Shown piece by piece: positions 17,886 through 29,991 of a stretch of 64,000 nt of DNA; position 1 is the stretch's first letter, and the number at the start of each line of letters is the position of its first letter. The position numbers were made by a program, and so were the translations under genes. Origin of the DNA: Jiangella alba (lineage in GTDB: Bacteria; Actinomycetota; Actinomycetes; Jiangellales; Jiangellaceae). The stretch is from assembly GCF_900106035.1 (NCBI RefSeq), contig NZ_FNUC01000004.1:3135722-3199721 (forward strand), written 5' to 3'. The notes under the pieces are model-generated. The model had not been told where the DNA came from, did not search any database, and saw only the letters and a program-made list of their open reading frames with translations.

Positions 17886-18521
17886 ATGGCCGTGCAGGAG
17901 AAAGAACACCTCGAGGACGCCGAGTTCGAGCTCCCCGAGACGCGCGCCTCGATCAAGGTCCTCGGCTGGCTGCTGGCCATCGGCGGCTCGGTCGGCCTGT
18001 TCGCCTCGGCGATGCTGGTCATCGAGCGTATCCGTCTGCTCGAGGACCCCGCCTACACGCCCTCCTGCAGCTTCAACCCCATCGTCACCTGCGGCACCGT
18101 CATGGAGAGCTGGCAGGGGTCGTTGTTCGGCTTCCCCAACCCGATCATCGGGGTGGCCGCCTTCCCCGTCGTCGTCACGGCCGGTGTCGTCGCGCTGACG
18201 GGAGCGAAGCTGCCGCGCTGGTTCTGGCTCGGCCTCAACGCCGGCGCGCTGGGCGGCGCGGTGTTCGTCACCTGGCTGTTCACCCAGACCACGTACTTCA
18301 TCGGCGCGCTGTGCCCGTACTGCATGGTGGTGTGGGTCGCCACCATCCCGATCTTCGTCTACACGACGGGCTACAACCTCTCCGAGGGGCACCTCAAGGC
18401 GCCCGCGTGGCTGCGCAAGGCCGTCGTCGAGAGCCGCGGGCTCATCGTCACGGTGTGGTTCCTCATCATCGCCATCCTCATCACCATCGAGTTCTGGGAC
18501 CGCTGGTACCTCGTGTTCTGA
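17886..18521 (+). CDS. Vitamin K epoxide reductase (VKOR) family membrane protein
   Basis: Conserved …CSFNPIVTCGTV… and CPYC (CxxC) motifs. 211 aa with multiple TM helices. Confidence 0.8.
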   Translation: MAVQEKEHLEDAEFELPETRASIKVLGWLLAIGGSVGLFASAMLVIERIRLLEDPAYTPSCSFNPIVTCGTVMESWQGSLFGFPNPIIGVAAFPVVVTAGVVALTGAKLPRWFWLGLNAGALGGAVFVTWLFTQTTYFIGALCPYCMVVWVATIPIFVYTTGYNLSEGHLKAPAWLRKAVVESRGLIVTVWFLIIAILITIEFWDRWYLVF

Positions 18522-18530
18522 GGCCCGCCG

Positions 18531-19745
18531 TCAGTGGTGCGGGCCGGTCGGCGCCTCGCCCCGCGACACCGCCGCGTCGTGGCTGGCCTTGGCCCGGTCG
18601 GCCAGCTCCAGCAGGCCGTCGGCGTCGCGGGCCATCTGCCGGTACCGCGGGCCGAGCGCGATGATCTGTTGCTTCTCGTCGACGAGGCACTGGAAGATCC
18701 GCTCCCGCTCGGCCGGGTCGGCGGTGTACTCGGAGTCGAGGTAGGCGGTGGCGTGCCGGCGGGCGTTGGCGATGGCCGTCTGGGCCCGCCCGGTCCGGCT
18801 GACCAGCGACGCGACGATCGTCACCACCAGCACGACGACGATGACGCCGAGCGACAGGCCGGTGCTGAGCTCCACCACCTCGACCGGCTCGCCGTTGTTG
18901 ACGAACGGCAGGTTGTTCTCGTGCAGCGCGTGCAGGATCAGCCGCACACCGATGAACCCCAGGATCACCGCCAGCCCGAACGCCAGGTAGATGAGCCGGT
19001 CCAGCAGCCCGTCGATGAGGAAGTACAACTGGCGCAGCCCGAGCAGCGAGAACGCGACGGCCGTGAACACCAGGTACACGTTCTGCGTCAGCCCGAAGAT
19101 CGCCGGGATGGAGTCCAGCGCGAACAGCACGTCCGTGCCGGCCAGCGCCACCATCACCAGGACCAGCGGCGTCATCGCGCGGCGCCCGTCGCGGACGGTG
19201 AACAGCCGGCCGTCCTCGTAGTCGTCGGTGGTGTGGAACAGCCGCCGGGCGAGGCGGACGGCGACGTTCTCGCCCTCGTCCGGCTCGCCGCCGCGCGGCT
19301 TGAGCATGTTGCCCGCCGTCACCAGCAGCACCAGCCCGAACACGTAGAACACCCAGGCGAACGTGTTGATCAGCGCCGACCCGACGAAGATCAGCGCGGA
19401 GCGGGCGATCAGCGAGAACGTGATGCCGAACAGCAGCGCCTTCTGCTGGTACTCCCGCGGCACCCGGAAGCTGTGCAGGATGACGAGGAAGACGAACAGG
19501 TTGTCGACCGACAGCGCCTTCTCGGTCAGGTAGCCGGCGAAGTACTCGGTGCCCATGGCCGTGCCGCCGACCACCAGGACGCCCAGGCCGAACGCGATCG
19601 CGATGCCGACGTACAGCGCCGACCACACGGCCGCCTCGCGCAGCGTCGGGACGTGCGCCTTCCTGACATGGACGACGTAGTCGAAGGTCAGCAGCCCGGC
19701 GATGCCGGCCACCGTCAGCGTCCACACCCAGCCGGGGACGTCCAT
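18531..19745 (-). CDS. TerC-family integral membrane protein
   Basis: TerC blocks (…EYFAGYLTEKALSVDNLFVF…, …IPAIFGLTQNVYLVFTAVAFSLLGLRQLYFL…). 404 aa. Confidence 0.85.
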   Translation of the reverse strand: MDVPGWVWTLTVAGIAGLLTFDYVVHVRKAHVPTLREAAVWSALYVGIAIAFGLGVLVVGGTAMGTEYFAGYLTEKALSVDNLFVFLVILHSFRVPREYQQKALLFGITFSLIARSALIFVGSALINTFAWVFYVFGLVLLVTAGNMLKPRGGEPDEGENVAVRLARRLFHTTDDYEDGRLFTVRDGRRAMTPLVLVMVALAGTDVLFALDSIPAIFGLTQNVYLVFTAVAFSLLGLRQLYFLIDGLLDRLIYLAFGLAVILGFIGVRLILHALHENNLPFVNNGEPVEVVELSTGLSLGVIVVVLVVTIVASLVSRTGRAQTAIANARRHATAYLDSEYTADPAERERIFQCLVDEKQQIIALGPRYRQMARDADGLLELADRAKASHDAAVSRGEAPTGPHH

Positions 19746-19872
19746 GAGCGCAACCCTAGAGCCGGGGGACCGGCGAGTGCGCTATTCTGACAATGTGCGA
19801 GGTCTGCTGCTCCTTATCGGGCCGCGCTGACTTGAAACGGACGCCCTCCAGCGGCGTCACGTCGGCGCGGCT

Positions 19873-19904
19873 GACCCCTCCTGCGTGAGGGGTCTTTCTT
19901 TGTT
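19873..19904 (+). terminator. Intrinsic-terminator-like hairpin (8-bp GC stem gacccctc/gaggggtc, 6-nt loop) plus T-rich tract tttctttgtt, 36 nt upstream of leuS
   Basis: Read directly in the sequence. It lies in the 195-bp divergent terC/leuS intergenic region. Confidence 0.45.
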
Positions 19905-19940
19905 CCGGGCCCCGACCACAGACTTGAGGGACGAAATCCG

Positions 19941-22775
<2,835 letters not shown>

Positions 22776-22780
22776 CGTCC

Positions 22781-23812
22781 GTGACCGGGCGGGTCGCGGT
22801 CGTCACCGACTCGACGGCGCACCTCGCCGCCGCCGACGTCGACGAGCACGGCATCCGGGTGGTGCCGCTCCAGGTGGTCGTCGACGGTGTCGCGGTGGAC
22901 GAGTGGACGCCGGGCGCCGGTCCTGGGCCTGGTCCTGGGCCTGGTCTTGGACGTGAGTCTGGGTTCGGCGCCGGCGGCCTGGGCGCGCCTGGCGTTGGCC
23001 TGGGGGAGCGCGGTGGCTCGGGGGAGCGCGGTGGCTCGGGGGAGCGCGGCGGCCGCGCGGGCGGCGTCGGCGGCGTCGGCGTCCAGACCCGGTTCGGCCC
23101 GCGGGAGGTGGCCGACGCGCTGCGGGCGCACGTGCCCGTGACGACGTCGCGGCCGAGCCCGCGCGTGTTCCTCGATACCTACGAGTCGGCCGCCGCCGAG
23201 GGGTTCGGCGCCGTCGTGTCCGTGCACATCTCCGGCAGCCTGTCCGGCACGGCCGACGCGGCCCGGCTGGCGGCCCGCGACGCGCCCATCCCCGTCCACG
23301 TCGTCGATTCGCGGTCGCTGGGCATGGGACTCGGCTTCGCGGTGCTGGTGGCGGCGTCAGCGGCGGAGCGTGGGCTGACGGCGGACGAGGTGGCTGCGCT
23401 CGCCCTGGACCGTGCCGTCCGGTCGTCCGCGTTCTTCTACGTCGACACGCTCGAGTACCTGCGTCGCGGTGGGCGGGTGGGCGCGGCGTCGGCCGTGGTG
23501 GGGACGGCGTTGGCGATCAAGCCGCTGCTCCACCTCCGCGACGGCTGGGTCGACCTCCTCGAGAAGGTGCGCACGTCGGCGCGGGCCCGCGCCCGCCTCG
23601 AAGACCTCGCCGTCGAGCGTGCCCTGGCCGCCGGTGGCCGTGTCGACCTCGCCGTCCACCACCTCGACAACGCCGCCCGCGCCGACGAACTCGCCGCCCG
23701 CCTCACCGATCGCCTCCCCACCCTCGGCTCCGTCGTCGTCACCGAGGTCGGCGCGGTCATCGGCGCCCACGTCGGGCCTGGCCTGCTGGCCGCCGTGATC
23801 AGCCCGCACTGA
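22781..23812 (+). CDS. DegV-family fatty-acid-binding protein with an internal Gly/Pro-rich repeat insertion
   Basis: DegV N-terminal block VAVVTDSTAHL…IRVVPLQVVVDG and the C-terminal fold. GTG start 6 nt after the leuS stop. It carries an insertion of about 55 aa (GPGPGPGPGLG…GERGGSGERGGSGERGG). Confidence 0.75.
   Translation: MTGRVAVVTDSTAHLAAADVDEHGIRVVPLQVVVDGVAVDEWTPGAGPGPGPGPGLGRESGFGAGGLGAPGVGLGERGGSGERGGSGERGGRAGGVGGVGVQTRFGPREVADALRAHVPVTTSRPSPRVFLDTYESAAAEGFGAVVSVHISGSLSGTADAARLAARDAPIPVHVVDSRSLGMGLGFAVLVAASAAERGLTADEVAALALDRAVRSSAFFYVDTLEYLRRGGRVGAASAVVGTALAIKPLLHLRDGWVDLLEKVRTSARARARLEDLAVERALAAGGRVDLAVHHLDNAARADELAARLTDRLPTLGSVVVTEVGAVIGAHVGPGLLAAVISPH
22912..23085 (+). repeat. 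In-frame micro-tandem repeats inside the DegV gene (ggtcctgggcct x3; gggggagcgcggtggctc x3)
   Basis: Read directly in the sequence. They encode a low-complexity loop. Confidence 0.8.
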
Positions 23813-23845
23813 CCCGCCCGCACCGCCTCGGTCCCGTCCCCGCAC

Positions 23846-23887
23846 CCCCGGCCCGGCAACCCCGGCCCGGCAACCCCGGCCCGGCGA
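23846..23887. repeat. 14-bp short tandem repeat, ccccggcccggcaa x3
   Basis: Read directly in the sequence. Confidence 0.7.
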
Positions 23888-24096
23888 CCCCGTCGCCGCT
23901 GCCCGGCCGCCGACCCGCCCACATCGCCACCACCTGCCGCCGGCGCCGCCGCCCCCGGTGGCCGACCCGCTGGCACTGCCACTGCCCGGTCGCCGACCCG
24001 CTGCGCCGCTACCGCCCGGTAGCCGTCCGACCGGCTCAGCCTGGCCCGGAAGCCGTCGGTCCGGAGGTTGTCGGTGGCGGCTGGCAGGATGCGCAG

Positions 24097-24555
24097 ATGC
24101 CGATCGCCTCCGAGATCTTCAACCTCACCTTCGACGCCGCCGATCCGCGCCGGCTGGCCGAGTTCTGGGCGCTGGCGCTCGGCTACCAGCTCGAGCCGCC
24201 GCCCGAGGGCTTCGCGACCTGGGAAGAAGCGCTCGCCGCCTGGAACGTCCCGGAAGATCAGTGGCAGTCCGCCAGCGCCATCATCGACCCCGGCGGCGTC
24301 CTGCCGCGCATCTTCTTCCAGCAGGTCCCCGAGCCCAAGACCTCGAAGAACCGCGTCCACCTCGACGTCCGCGCGTGGCGCTACACCGACGCCTCCGGAG
24401 GCCGGCCGCCGGAGGCCGAGGTCCAGGCCGCCATCGCCGCCAAGGTCGCCGAACTCGTCGCCGCGGGCGCGACGGTCAGCGGCACGGTCGAGCAGTACGG
24501 CAACGCCTGGACCGTCCTCCACGACCCCGAAGGCAACGAGTTCTGCGTCGTCTGA
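24097..24555 (+). CDS. VOC/glyoxalase-family protein
   Basis: 152 aa. The paired beta-alpha-beta-beta-beta module pattern ends with …DPEGNEFCVV. Confidence 0.7.
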   Translation: MPIASEIFNLTFDAADPRRLAEFWALALGYQLEPPPEGFATWEEALAAWNVPEDQWQSASAIIDPGGVLPRIFFQQVPEPKTSKNRVHLDVRAWRYTDASGGRPPEAEVQAAIAAKVAELVAAGATVSGTVEQYGNAWTVLHDPEGNEFCVV

Positions 24556-24759
24556 CCCGGCCGTGCACCGGTCACCCCCTCCCGTTCCGGTCAGCCCGGC
24601 CAGTGCCGGTGACTTCGGCGCTCGCGCGCCGGCGGCGTGACCTGCGGCGACCAGCCCGCGCCGCCACCCGGCTCCGACGTCCCGGCGACGCTCCGTCCAC
24701 AGCCCTGACCAGTTCCGCCGGTTGTCCACAGAAGCCCGTTTCGGCACCCGACCCGGTCG

Positions 24760-25887
24760 GTGCGGCGGCCTAGCGTCGCAGGCATGCGATCGTTCCGTTC
24801 CCGCTCCGTCGACGACCACACGGCGGCGCTCGCCCGAGCCCGGGTGGCGCACGTCGCTGGTCGACCCTGGGCGCACGGAACCGCATTCGCCGACGGCGCC
24901 GAACCGCCTCCTGCCCTGGCGGACGACGCGCCAGGGCCGCCGCTCTGGGCAGAGCCGGACATCCCGCATCCACCCGGCGCACCTCCGGCCGACGGACGGC
25001 ATGCGGCGCCGCACCCCCGCTCAGCCGCCCCGTCTCGGCAGGTGCGGCCACCCACCGAATCGGCACCGGCGGCGACCATGGCGGCCATGGCGCCCGACGC
25101 GGTGCCGCCGTGGGCCCGGCTGGCCAGCGCGTCCGGGCGAGCGACTGCGCCCAGCGACGCAGACACTCAGCCCGGCCACGCAGACGACCCACCGCCGCCC
25201 GCCGGGTCCACGTCACCGGTCCGGTTCTGGCGGCTGGGGCTGGAACGCGTCCAGCTCGCCGTCATCGTCCTCGTCGTGCTCATCGGGGCCATCGGCGCCG
25301 CCGTGCTGTTCCTGCTGACGCGGCCCGAGGTCGTGCCGATCGAGCCCGAACTGGTCGCCACCGGCACCGCCGTCGCCACCGACCCACCCACCAGCGCGCC
25401 CACCGACGGCGACGCACCCACTGGGAGACCCGACGATCCGCCGGCCACCGGCGGGCCGATTGTCATTCACGTCGCCGGCCTCGTCGCCCGCCCGGGCGTC
25501 GTCGAGCTGCCGTCCGGTTCCCGGGTCGTCGACGCCATCGAGGCGGCCGGTGGAGCCACTCCCGATGCCGACCTGACGCCGATCAACCTCGCCCGCGTCC
25601 TCACCGACGGCGAGCAGGTCCTCGTCACCGCCGATCCGCCGCCGGCCGCGCCGCCTGCCCCACCCACCGGCAGCGCGTCCACGCCGACGACGCAAGCGCC
25701 GGTCAACCTCAACACCGCGACGGCCGCCGAGCTCGAAGCCCTGCCCGGCATCGGCCCGGCGCTGGCCGGCCGCATCCTCGACTGGCGCGAGCAGAACGGC
25801 CGGTTCACCAGCATCGATGAGCTGCGCGAGGTTTCCGGCATCGGCGAGCAGCGCTTCGCCCAACTCGAACCGCTGGTGACGCTATGA
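24760..25887 (+). CDS. comEA: ComEA-family competence protein (helix-hairpin-helix DNA-binding), start uncertain
   Basis: TM helix LAVIVLVVLIGAIGAAVLFLL. C-terminal HhH block VNLNTATAAELEALPGIGPALAGRILDWREQNGRFTSIDELREVSGIG. The true start is probably an internal Met near 25078. Confidence 0.7.
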   Translation: MRRPSVAGMRSFRSRSVDDHTAALARARVAHVAGRPWAHGTAFADGAEPPPALADDAPGPPLWAEPDIPHPPGAPPADGRHAAPHPRSAAPSRQVRPPTESAPAATMAAMAPDAVPPWARLASASGRATAPSDADTQPGHADDPPPPAGSTSPVRFWRLGLERVQLAVIVLVVLIGAIGAAVLFLLTRPEVVPIEPELVATGTAVATDPPTSAPTDGDAPTGRPDDPPATGGPIVIHVAGLVARPGVVELPSGSRVVDAIEAAGGATPDADLTPINLARVLTDGEQVLVTADPPPAAPPAPPTGSASTPTTQAPVNLNTATAAELEALPGIGPALAGRILDWREQNGRFTSIDELREVSGIGEQRFAQLEPLVTL

Positions 25888-28781
25888 GACGCGCACCGAT
25901 CCCGCGCCCGGCCGAGCCCGTCCCAGAGCAGGCCGCTGCGCACCCCGTCACACCTGGCCAAGACCCGACGCCCACCGATCCCGGGCTGACGCCCGACGCG
26001 ACGCCCGGCCTGACATCCGACCCGACGCCCGGCCTGACGCTCGACACGGCCGCTGCCGACGCGCTGGACCTGCGTCTCGTGCCCGCCGCGCTGGGCCTCT
26101 GGCTCGGCTCGCTGGCCGGCGTCCTGGTGCCGTGGCGCACCGGCCTCGCGGGCTGCGTCTTCGCCGTCGTCATGGTCACGGTCGTCCTGCTCGGCGCCCG
26201 CCCGCGAACCGCCAACGCGTCGCCAAATGGCCCACCTCCCGTCGGTCGGCTGACACCCGCCGCCCGCCGCGCTCTCATCGCCGCGACGCTGTGCCTGGTG
26301 GCCGGGTTCGTCGTCGGCGCGGCCCGGGCGGCGCCGGTATGGGCTGGGCCGGTCACGACGCTCGCGGCGGCGGGCGCGCACGTCGAGCTCGAGGGCGTCG
26401 TCGCGCGCGATCCGGTCGTGCGGCGCGGCGGCCCGGCCGGCGAGGAGGCCGCCGCCACCGAGTACATCGTCGGCCGCCTGCGCGTCGACCACGTCGTCGG
26501 CCGTGGCCGCGCCTACGACGTCTCCGTGCCGGTGCTGCTGGTCAGCGGCGACGTCGCCTGGGCTGACCTGCTGCCGGGCCAGCGCGTCAGCGTCTCCGGA
26601 CGGCTCGAGCCCACCGACCGTCCCCGCGACGACGTCGCCGCCGTGTTCCGCCCGTACGCCGGGCCCGACGAGCGCGCGACCGGCCCGCCGAGCGTCGCCA
26701 GCCGCGCCACCGAGCCGTTCCGCGCCGGCCTGCGCCAGGCCGTCAGCGGTGTGCCGCCCGATCCGCGCGGCCTGGTGCCGGGCCTGGTCATCGGCGACGA
26801 GTCGCTGCTCTCCGACGATCTGCGCGAGGCCATGACGATCGCCGGGCTGACGCACCTGACCGCGGTGTCCGGGACGAACGTCGCGATCGTGCTGGTGGTC
26901 GCGCTCGGGCTGGCGCGCTGGGTGCGCGTACGCGGCTATGCGCTGCCGGTCGTCGGCGTGGTGTGCGTCGTCGGGTTCATGTTGCTCGCGCGGCCCGAGC
27001 CGAGCGTCCTGCGGGCCGCGGCGATGGGTCTGGTCGCCGTGGTCGGGTTGACGGTGGCCGGGCGGCGACGCGGCCTGCCGACGCTGGCCGCCGCGGTCAT
27101 CGTGCTGGTGCTGCTCGATCCGTGGCTGGCCCGTAGCGCCGGGTTCGCGTTGTCCGTGCTGGCCACGGCCGGGATCCTGCTGCTGGTGCCCGCGTGGACA
27201 CGGTCGCTGGCGTGGCTGCCGCGGCCACTGGCGGTCGCCGTCGCGGTGCCGCTGGCCGCGCAGGTCGCCTGCACGCCGATCGTACTCGGGCTGTCGGGGC
27301 AGCTCAGCCTGGCGGCGGTGCCGGCCAACCTGCTCGCCGCGCCCGCCGTGGCGCCGGCGACGGTGCTCGGCGCGGCCGCCGCGGTGGTGAGCCCGATCCT
27401 GCCGCCGGTCGCGACGGCGTGCGCGTGGCTGGCCGCCCTCCCGGCCTGGTGGATCGCCGCCGTCGCGAGGTGGTTCGCCGACCAGCCCGGCGCCGTCGTC
27501 CCCTGGCCGCCGGGCACGGGCGGCGTGGTCGCGGGCGTCGTGCTGGCGGTGATCGGCCTGATCGCGCTGCCAATGTTGCTGCGCCGTCCGCTGGTCACCG
27601 CGGTGGCCGCGGCGGTGCTGGCGATCGGCCTGTTGAAGGCGGTCCCGACGCCGGGCTGGCCGCCTCCAGGATGGCTGGTGGTCGCCTGCGACGTGGGCCA
27701 GGGCGACGCGCTCGTGCTGCGGGCCGGCGACCGGTCCGCGGTCGTCGTCGACACCGGGCCCGAGCCGCGGCTGGTACGGCGCTGCCTCGACGGCCTCGGC
27801 GTGCGGCAGGTGCCGGTGCTCGTCCTGACCCACTTCCACGCCGATCACGTCGGCGGGCTCGACGGCGTTCTGACCGGCCGTGACGTGGGCCAGGTGCTCG
27901 TATCGCCGCTCGGCGACCCGCCCGAGTCGGCCGACGGCGTGCGGCGACGGCTCGCTGCCGCGGGCGTGCCGGCGTCGGTGCCGAGGACCGGCGATCTGAT
28001 CCAGGTGGGGGAGCGGCTCCGGCTGGACGTGCTCGGGCCGGGCCGGCTGGTCGAGTCGTCGGAGTCCGAGTCCAACAACGCCAGCCTCGTCGTCGAGGCC
28101 GACATCGATGGCGTCAGCGTGCTGCTGACCGGCGACATCGAGCCGTCGGCGCAACGATCCCTGCTGCGGTCCGCGCCGGGACTCGACGCCGACGTGCTCA
28201 AGGTTGCCCACCACGGTTCGCCGCACCAGGACGCCGGCCTGCTCACGGGCGTCGATGCGCGGGTCGCGCTGATCAGCGTGGGCGAGAACACCTACGGCCA
28301 CCCGTCGCCGCGGGTGCTCGACGCGCTGCGGGAGAGCGGCGTCCGGGTCTATCGCACGGACGAGCACGGCAGCGTGGCCGTCGTCCGCACCGGCGACGGC
28401 GGGCTCGGCGTGGTCACCGGTGGACCGCGAGCCGGGCCGGCGCCGCGGGCCGGACCCACGGCGCGGCGTTCGCTCCGCAGGCGCGGGCCGCCATCCGGCC
28501 GACTGCGACGCATGGCCGACGCACCGGGTCGTCCGGTGCGGGGCGCAGGCCGTGTGGTGCGCGCACCGGACGACCCCGTGCGGGCGCCGGGACGTTGTCG
28601 GCGGGACGTGACATGCTGTGTGGCGACATGGCTGCGCTATCGACCGATCCCCTCGTCCCGGTCACTCTCGTCTTCGGTCCGGAGGCGTTGCTGGCCGAAC
28701 GCGCCGCGGGCGCCGTCGTGCGGGCAGCGCGCGCCGCCGATGCCGACGCCGATGTGTCTCAGGTGTCCGGCTCCGAGCTGA
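25884..28781 (+). CDS. comEC: ComEC/Rec2 DNA-internalisation channel with a metallo-beta-lactamase domain
   Basis: Polytopic membrane N-terminus. MBL motif …VVACDVGQGDALVL…VLVLTHFHADHVGGL… The last ~125 codons are Arg/Pro-rich and overlap holA, so the 3' end is suspect. Confidence 0.75.
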   Translation: MRRAPIPRPAEPVPEQAAAHPVTPGQDPTPTDPGLTPDATPGLTSDPTPGLTLDTAAADALDLRLVPAALGLWLGSLAGVLVPWRTGLAGCVFAVVMVTVVLLGARPRTANASPNGPPPVGRLTPAARRALIAATLCLVAGFVVGAARAAPVWAGPVTTLAAAGAHVELEGVVARDPVVRRGGPAGEEAAATEYIVGRLRVDHVVGRGRAYDVSVPVLLVSGDVAWADLLPGQRVSVSGRLEPTDRPRDDVAAVFRPYAGPDERATGPPSVASRATEPFRAGLRQAVSGVPPDPRGLVPGLVIGDESLLSDDLREAMTIAGLTHLTAVSGTNVAIVLVVALGLARWVRVRGYALPVVGVVCVVGFMLLARPEPSVLRAAAMGLVAVVGLTVAGRRRGLPTLAAAVIVLVLLDPWLARSAGFALSVLATAGILLLVPAWTRSLAWLPRPLAVAVAVPLAAQVACTPIVLGLSGQLSLAAVPANLLAAPAVAPATVLGAAAAVVSPILPPVATACAWLAALPAWWIAAVARWFADQPGAVVPWPPGTGGVVAGVVLAVIGLIALPMLLRRPLVTAVAAAVLAIGLLKAVPTPGWPPPGWLVVACDVGQGDALVLRAGDRSAVVVDTGPEPRLVRRCLDGLGVRQVPVLVLTHFHADHVGGLDGVLTGRDVGQVLVSPLGDPPESADGVRRRLAAAGVPASVPRTGDLIQVGERLRLDVLGPGRLVESSESESNNASLVVEADIDGVSVLLTGDIEPSAQRSLLRSAPGLDADVLKVAHHGSPHQDAGLLTGVDARVALISVGENTYGHPSPRVLDALRESGVRVYRTDEHGSVAVVRTGDGGLGVVTGGPRAGPAPRAGPTARRSLRRRGPPSGRLRRMADAPGRPVRGAGRVVRAPDDPVRAPGRCRRDVTCCVATWLRYRPIPSSRSLSSSVRRRCWPNAPRAPSCGQRAPPMPTPMCLRCPAPS

Positions 28782-29605
28782 CCGCCGGGGGCCTCGCCGA
28801 GCACGTCAGCCCGTCGCTGTTCGCCACGAGCCGCGTGCTGCTGGTCAACGACGTCCAGGACGTCAGCGAACCGGTCGGCGACCTGCTGGTGGGTTACGTG
28901 ACCTCGCCCATCGAGGGCATCTACGTGGTGCTGCTGCATCCCGGTGGGGTCAAGGGCAAGAAGCTGCTCACGGCGTTGCGCAAGGCCGGCATCCACGAGG
29001 TCCCGGCCGAGCGGCTGACCCGGCCCGACGACCAGGTCTCGTTCGTGCGCGCCGAGGTGCGCCGGCAGGGCGGCCGCATCGACGAGGCGGCCGCGCGGCA
29101 GCTGGTCGAGTCCGTCGGCGCCGACCTGCGCGGGCTGGCCTCGGCGGCCGGCCAACTGGCGGTCGACGCGCCGGACGGGCAGGTCACGGGCCAGGTGGTC
29201 GCGATGTACTTCGAGGGTCGCGCCGAGGTGAAGGGCTGGGTCGTCGCCGACCGCGCCGTCGAGGGCAAGACCGGCGAGGCGGTCGAGCAGTTGCGCTGGG
29301 CGCTCGAGACCGGAACCGACCCGGTGCTGGTCACGGGCGCGCTGGCGACCTCGCTGCGGTCCCTGGCCCGGCTGGCCGGCGCGCCGCGCGGCATGCGCGA
29401 CGCCGACGTCGCTCGTGACCTGGGCATTCCGCCGTGGAAGATCCGGGTGCTTCGTGGCCAACTGCGCGGCTGGACGCCGACCGGCCTGGCCCGCGCCGTC
29501 CGCGCCGTCGCCGACGCCGACCTCGCGGTCAAGGGCGGCGGCAACGATGCGACGCTCGCGCTCACGACGGCACTGGTCGCCATCGGGACTGCTCGCGCCG
29601 CCTGA
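28595..29605 (+). CDS. holA: DNA polymerase III delta subunit
   Basis: 336-aa ORF with a HolA-like N-terminal region (…VTLVFGPEALLAERAA…). Conserved position between comEC and rpsT. The start may be an internal Met. Confidence 0.7.
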   Translation: MSAGRDMLCGDMAALSTDPLVPVTLVFGPEALLAERAAGAVVRAARAADADADVSQVSGSELTAGGLAEHVSPSLFATSRVLLVNDVQDVSEPVGDLLVGYVTSPIEGIYVVLLHPGGVKGKKLLTALRKAGIHEVPAERLTRPDDQVSFVRAEVRRQGGRIDEAAARQLVESVGADLRGLASAAGQLAVDAPDGQVTGQVVAMYFEGRAEVKGWVVADRAVEGKTGEAVEQLRWALETGTDPVLVTGALATSLRSLARLAGAPRGMRDADVARDLGIPPWKIRVLRGQLRGWTPTGLARAVRAVADADLAVKGGGNDATLALTTALVAIGTARAA

Positions 29606-29737
29606 GCTCGGCACCCTGGCGCGGCACTGCTGAACGTCGGCCGAACGCTGGCGCTCACGACGGCGCTGGTCGCCATCGGGACCGCTCGCGCCGCCTGAGC
29701 TCGGCACCCTGGCGCGGCACTGCAGAACGTCGGGCGA
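29552..29737 (+). repeat. Tandem direct duplication (2 x 93 bp, about 94% identity) of the 3' end of holA including its stop codon
   Basis: Copy 1 is 29552-29644 and includes the holA TGA at 29603-29605. Copy 2 is 29645-29737. Confidence 0.85.
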
Positions 29738-29895
29738 ACGACTGCGGCCGACGGTGTCCATGGAGCGTCAGCGGCGCCTTGCGGGGCGGTGCCCTGTGTT
29801 CGCGGTGAGGGTGCCGGATGTGTCCGCTGTGGCGCTGCCGCGTGGTGCGGAGCGTCGTTAGCGGGGCGCAGGCGACGGGCGCGTGGGCACGACAA

Positions 29896-29928
29896 CGGCG
29901 CCGTTCTCCGCCTGGGAGAACGACGCCG
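29896..29928. terminator. Bidirectional terminator-like hairpin (14-bp stem with 1 mismatch, loop gcctg) between convergent holA and rpsT
   Basis: cggcgccgttctcc gcctg ggagaacgacgccg. Confidence 0.45.
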
Positions 29929-29991
29929 TCATGCGAATCGAAGCTGGTCCTACGGCGGTCCGAACGCGCTGGGCCGCCGCGGGCGCGAGCC

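Noticed and set aside
19746-19940. T-box riboswitch upstream of leuS
   Set aside because: No AGGGUGGNACCGCG-like T-box sequence or specifier-loop architecture is visible. Only a plain terminator-like hairpin is present.
19746-19940. yybP-ykoY Mn2+ riboswitch in the TerC leader
   Set aside because: It could not be confirmed from memory of the consensus. The only strong hairpin plus U-tract is on the opposite (leuS) strand. It is left as a low-confidence hypothesis inside a finding rather than a feature.
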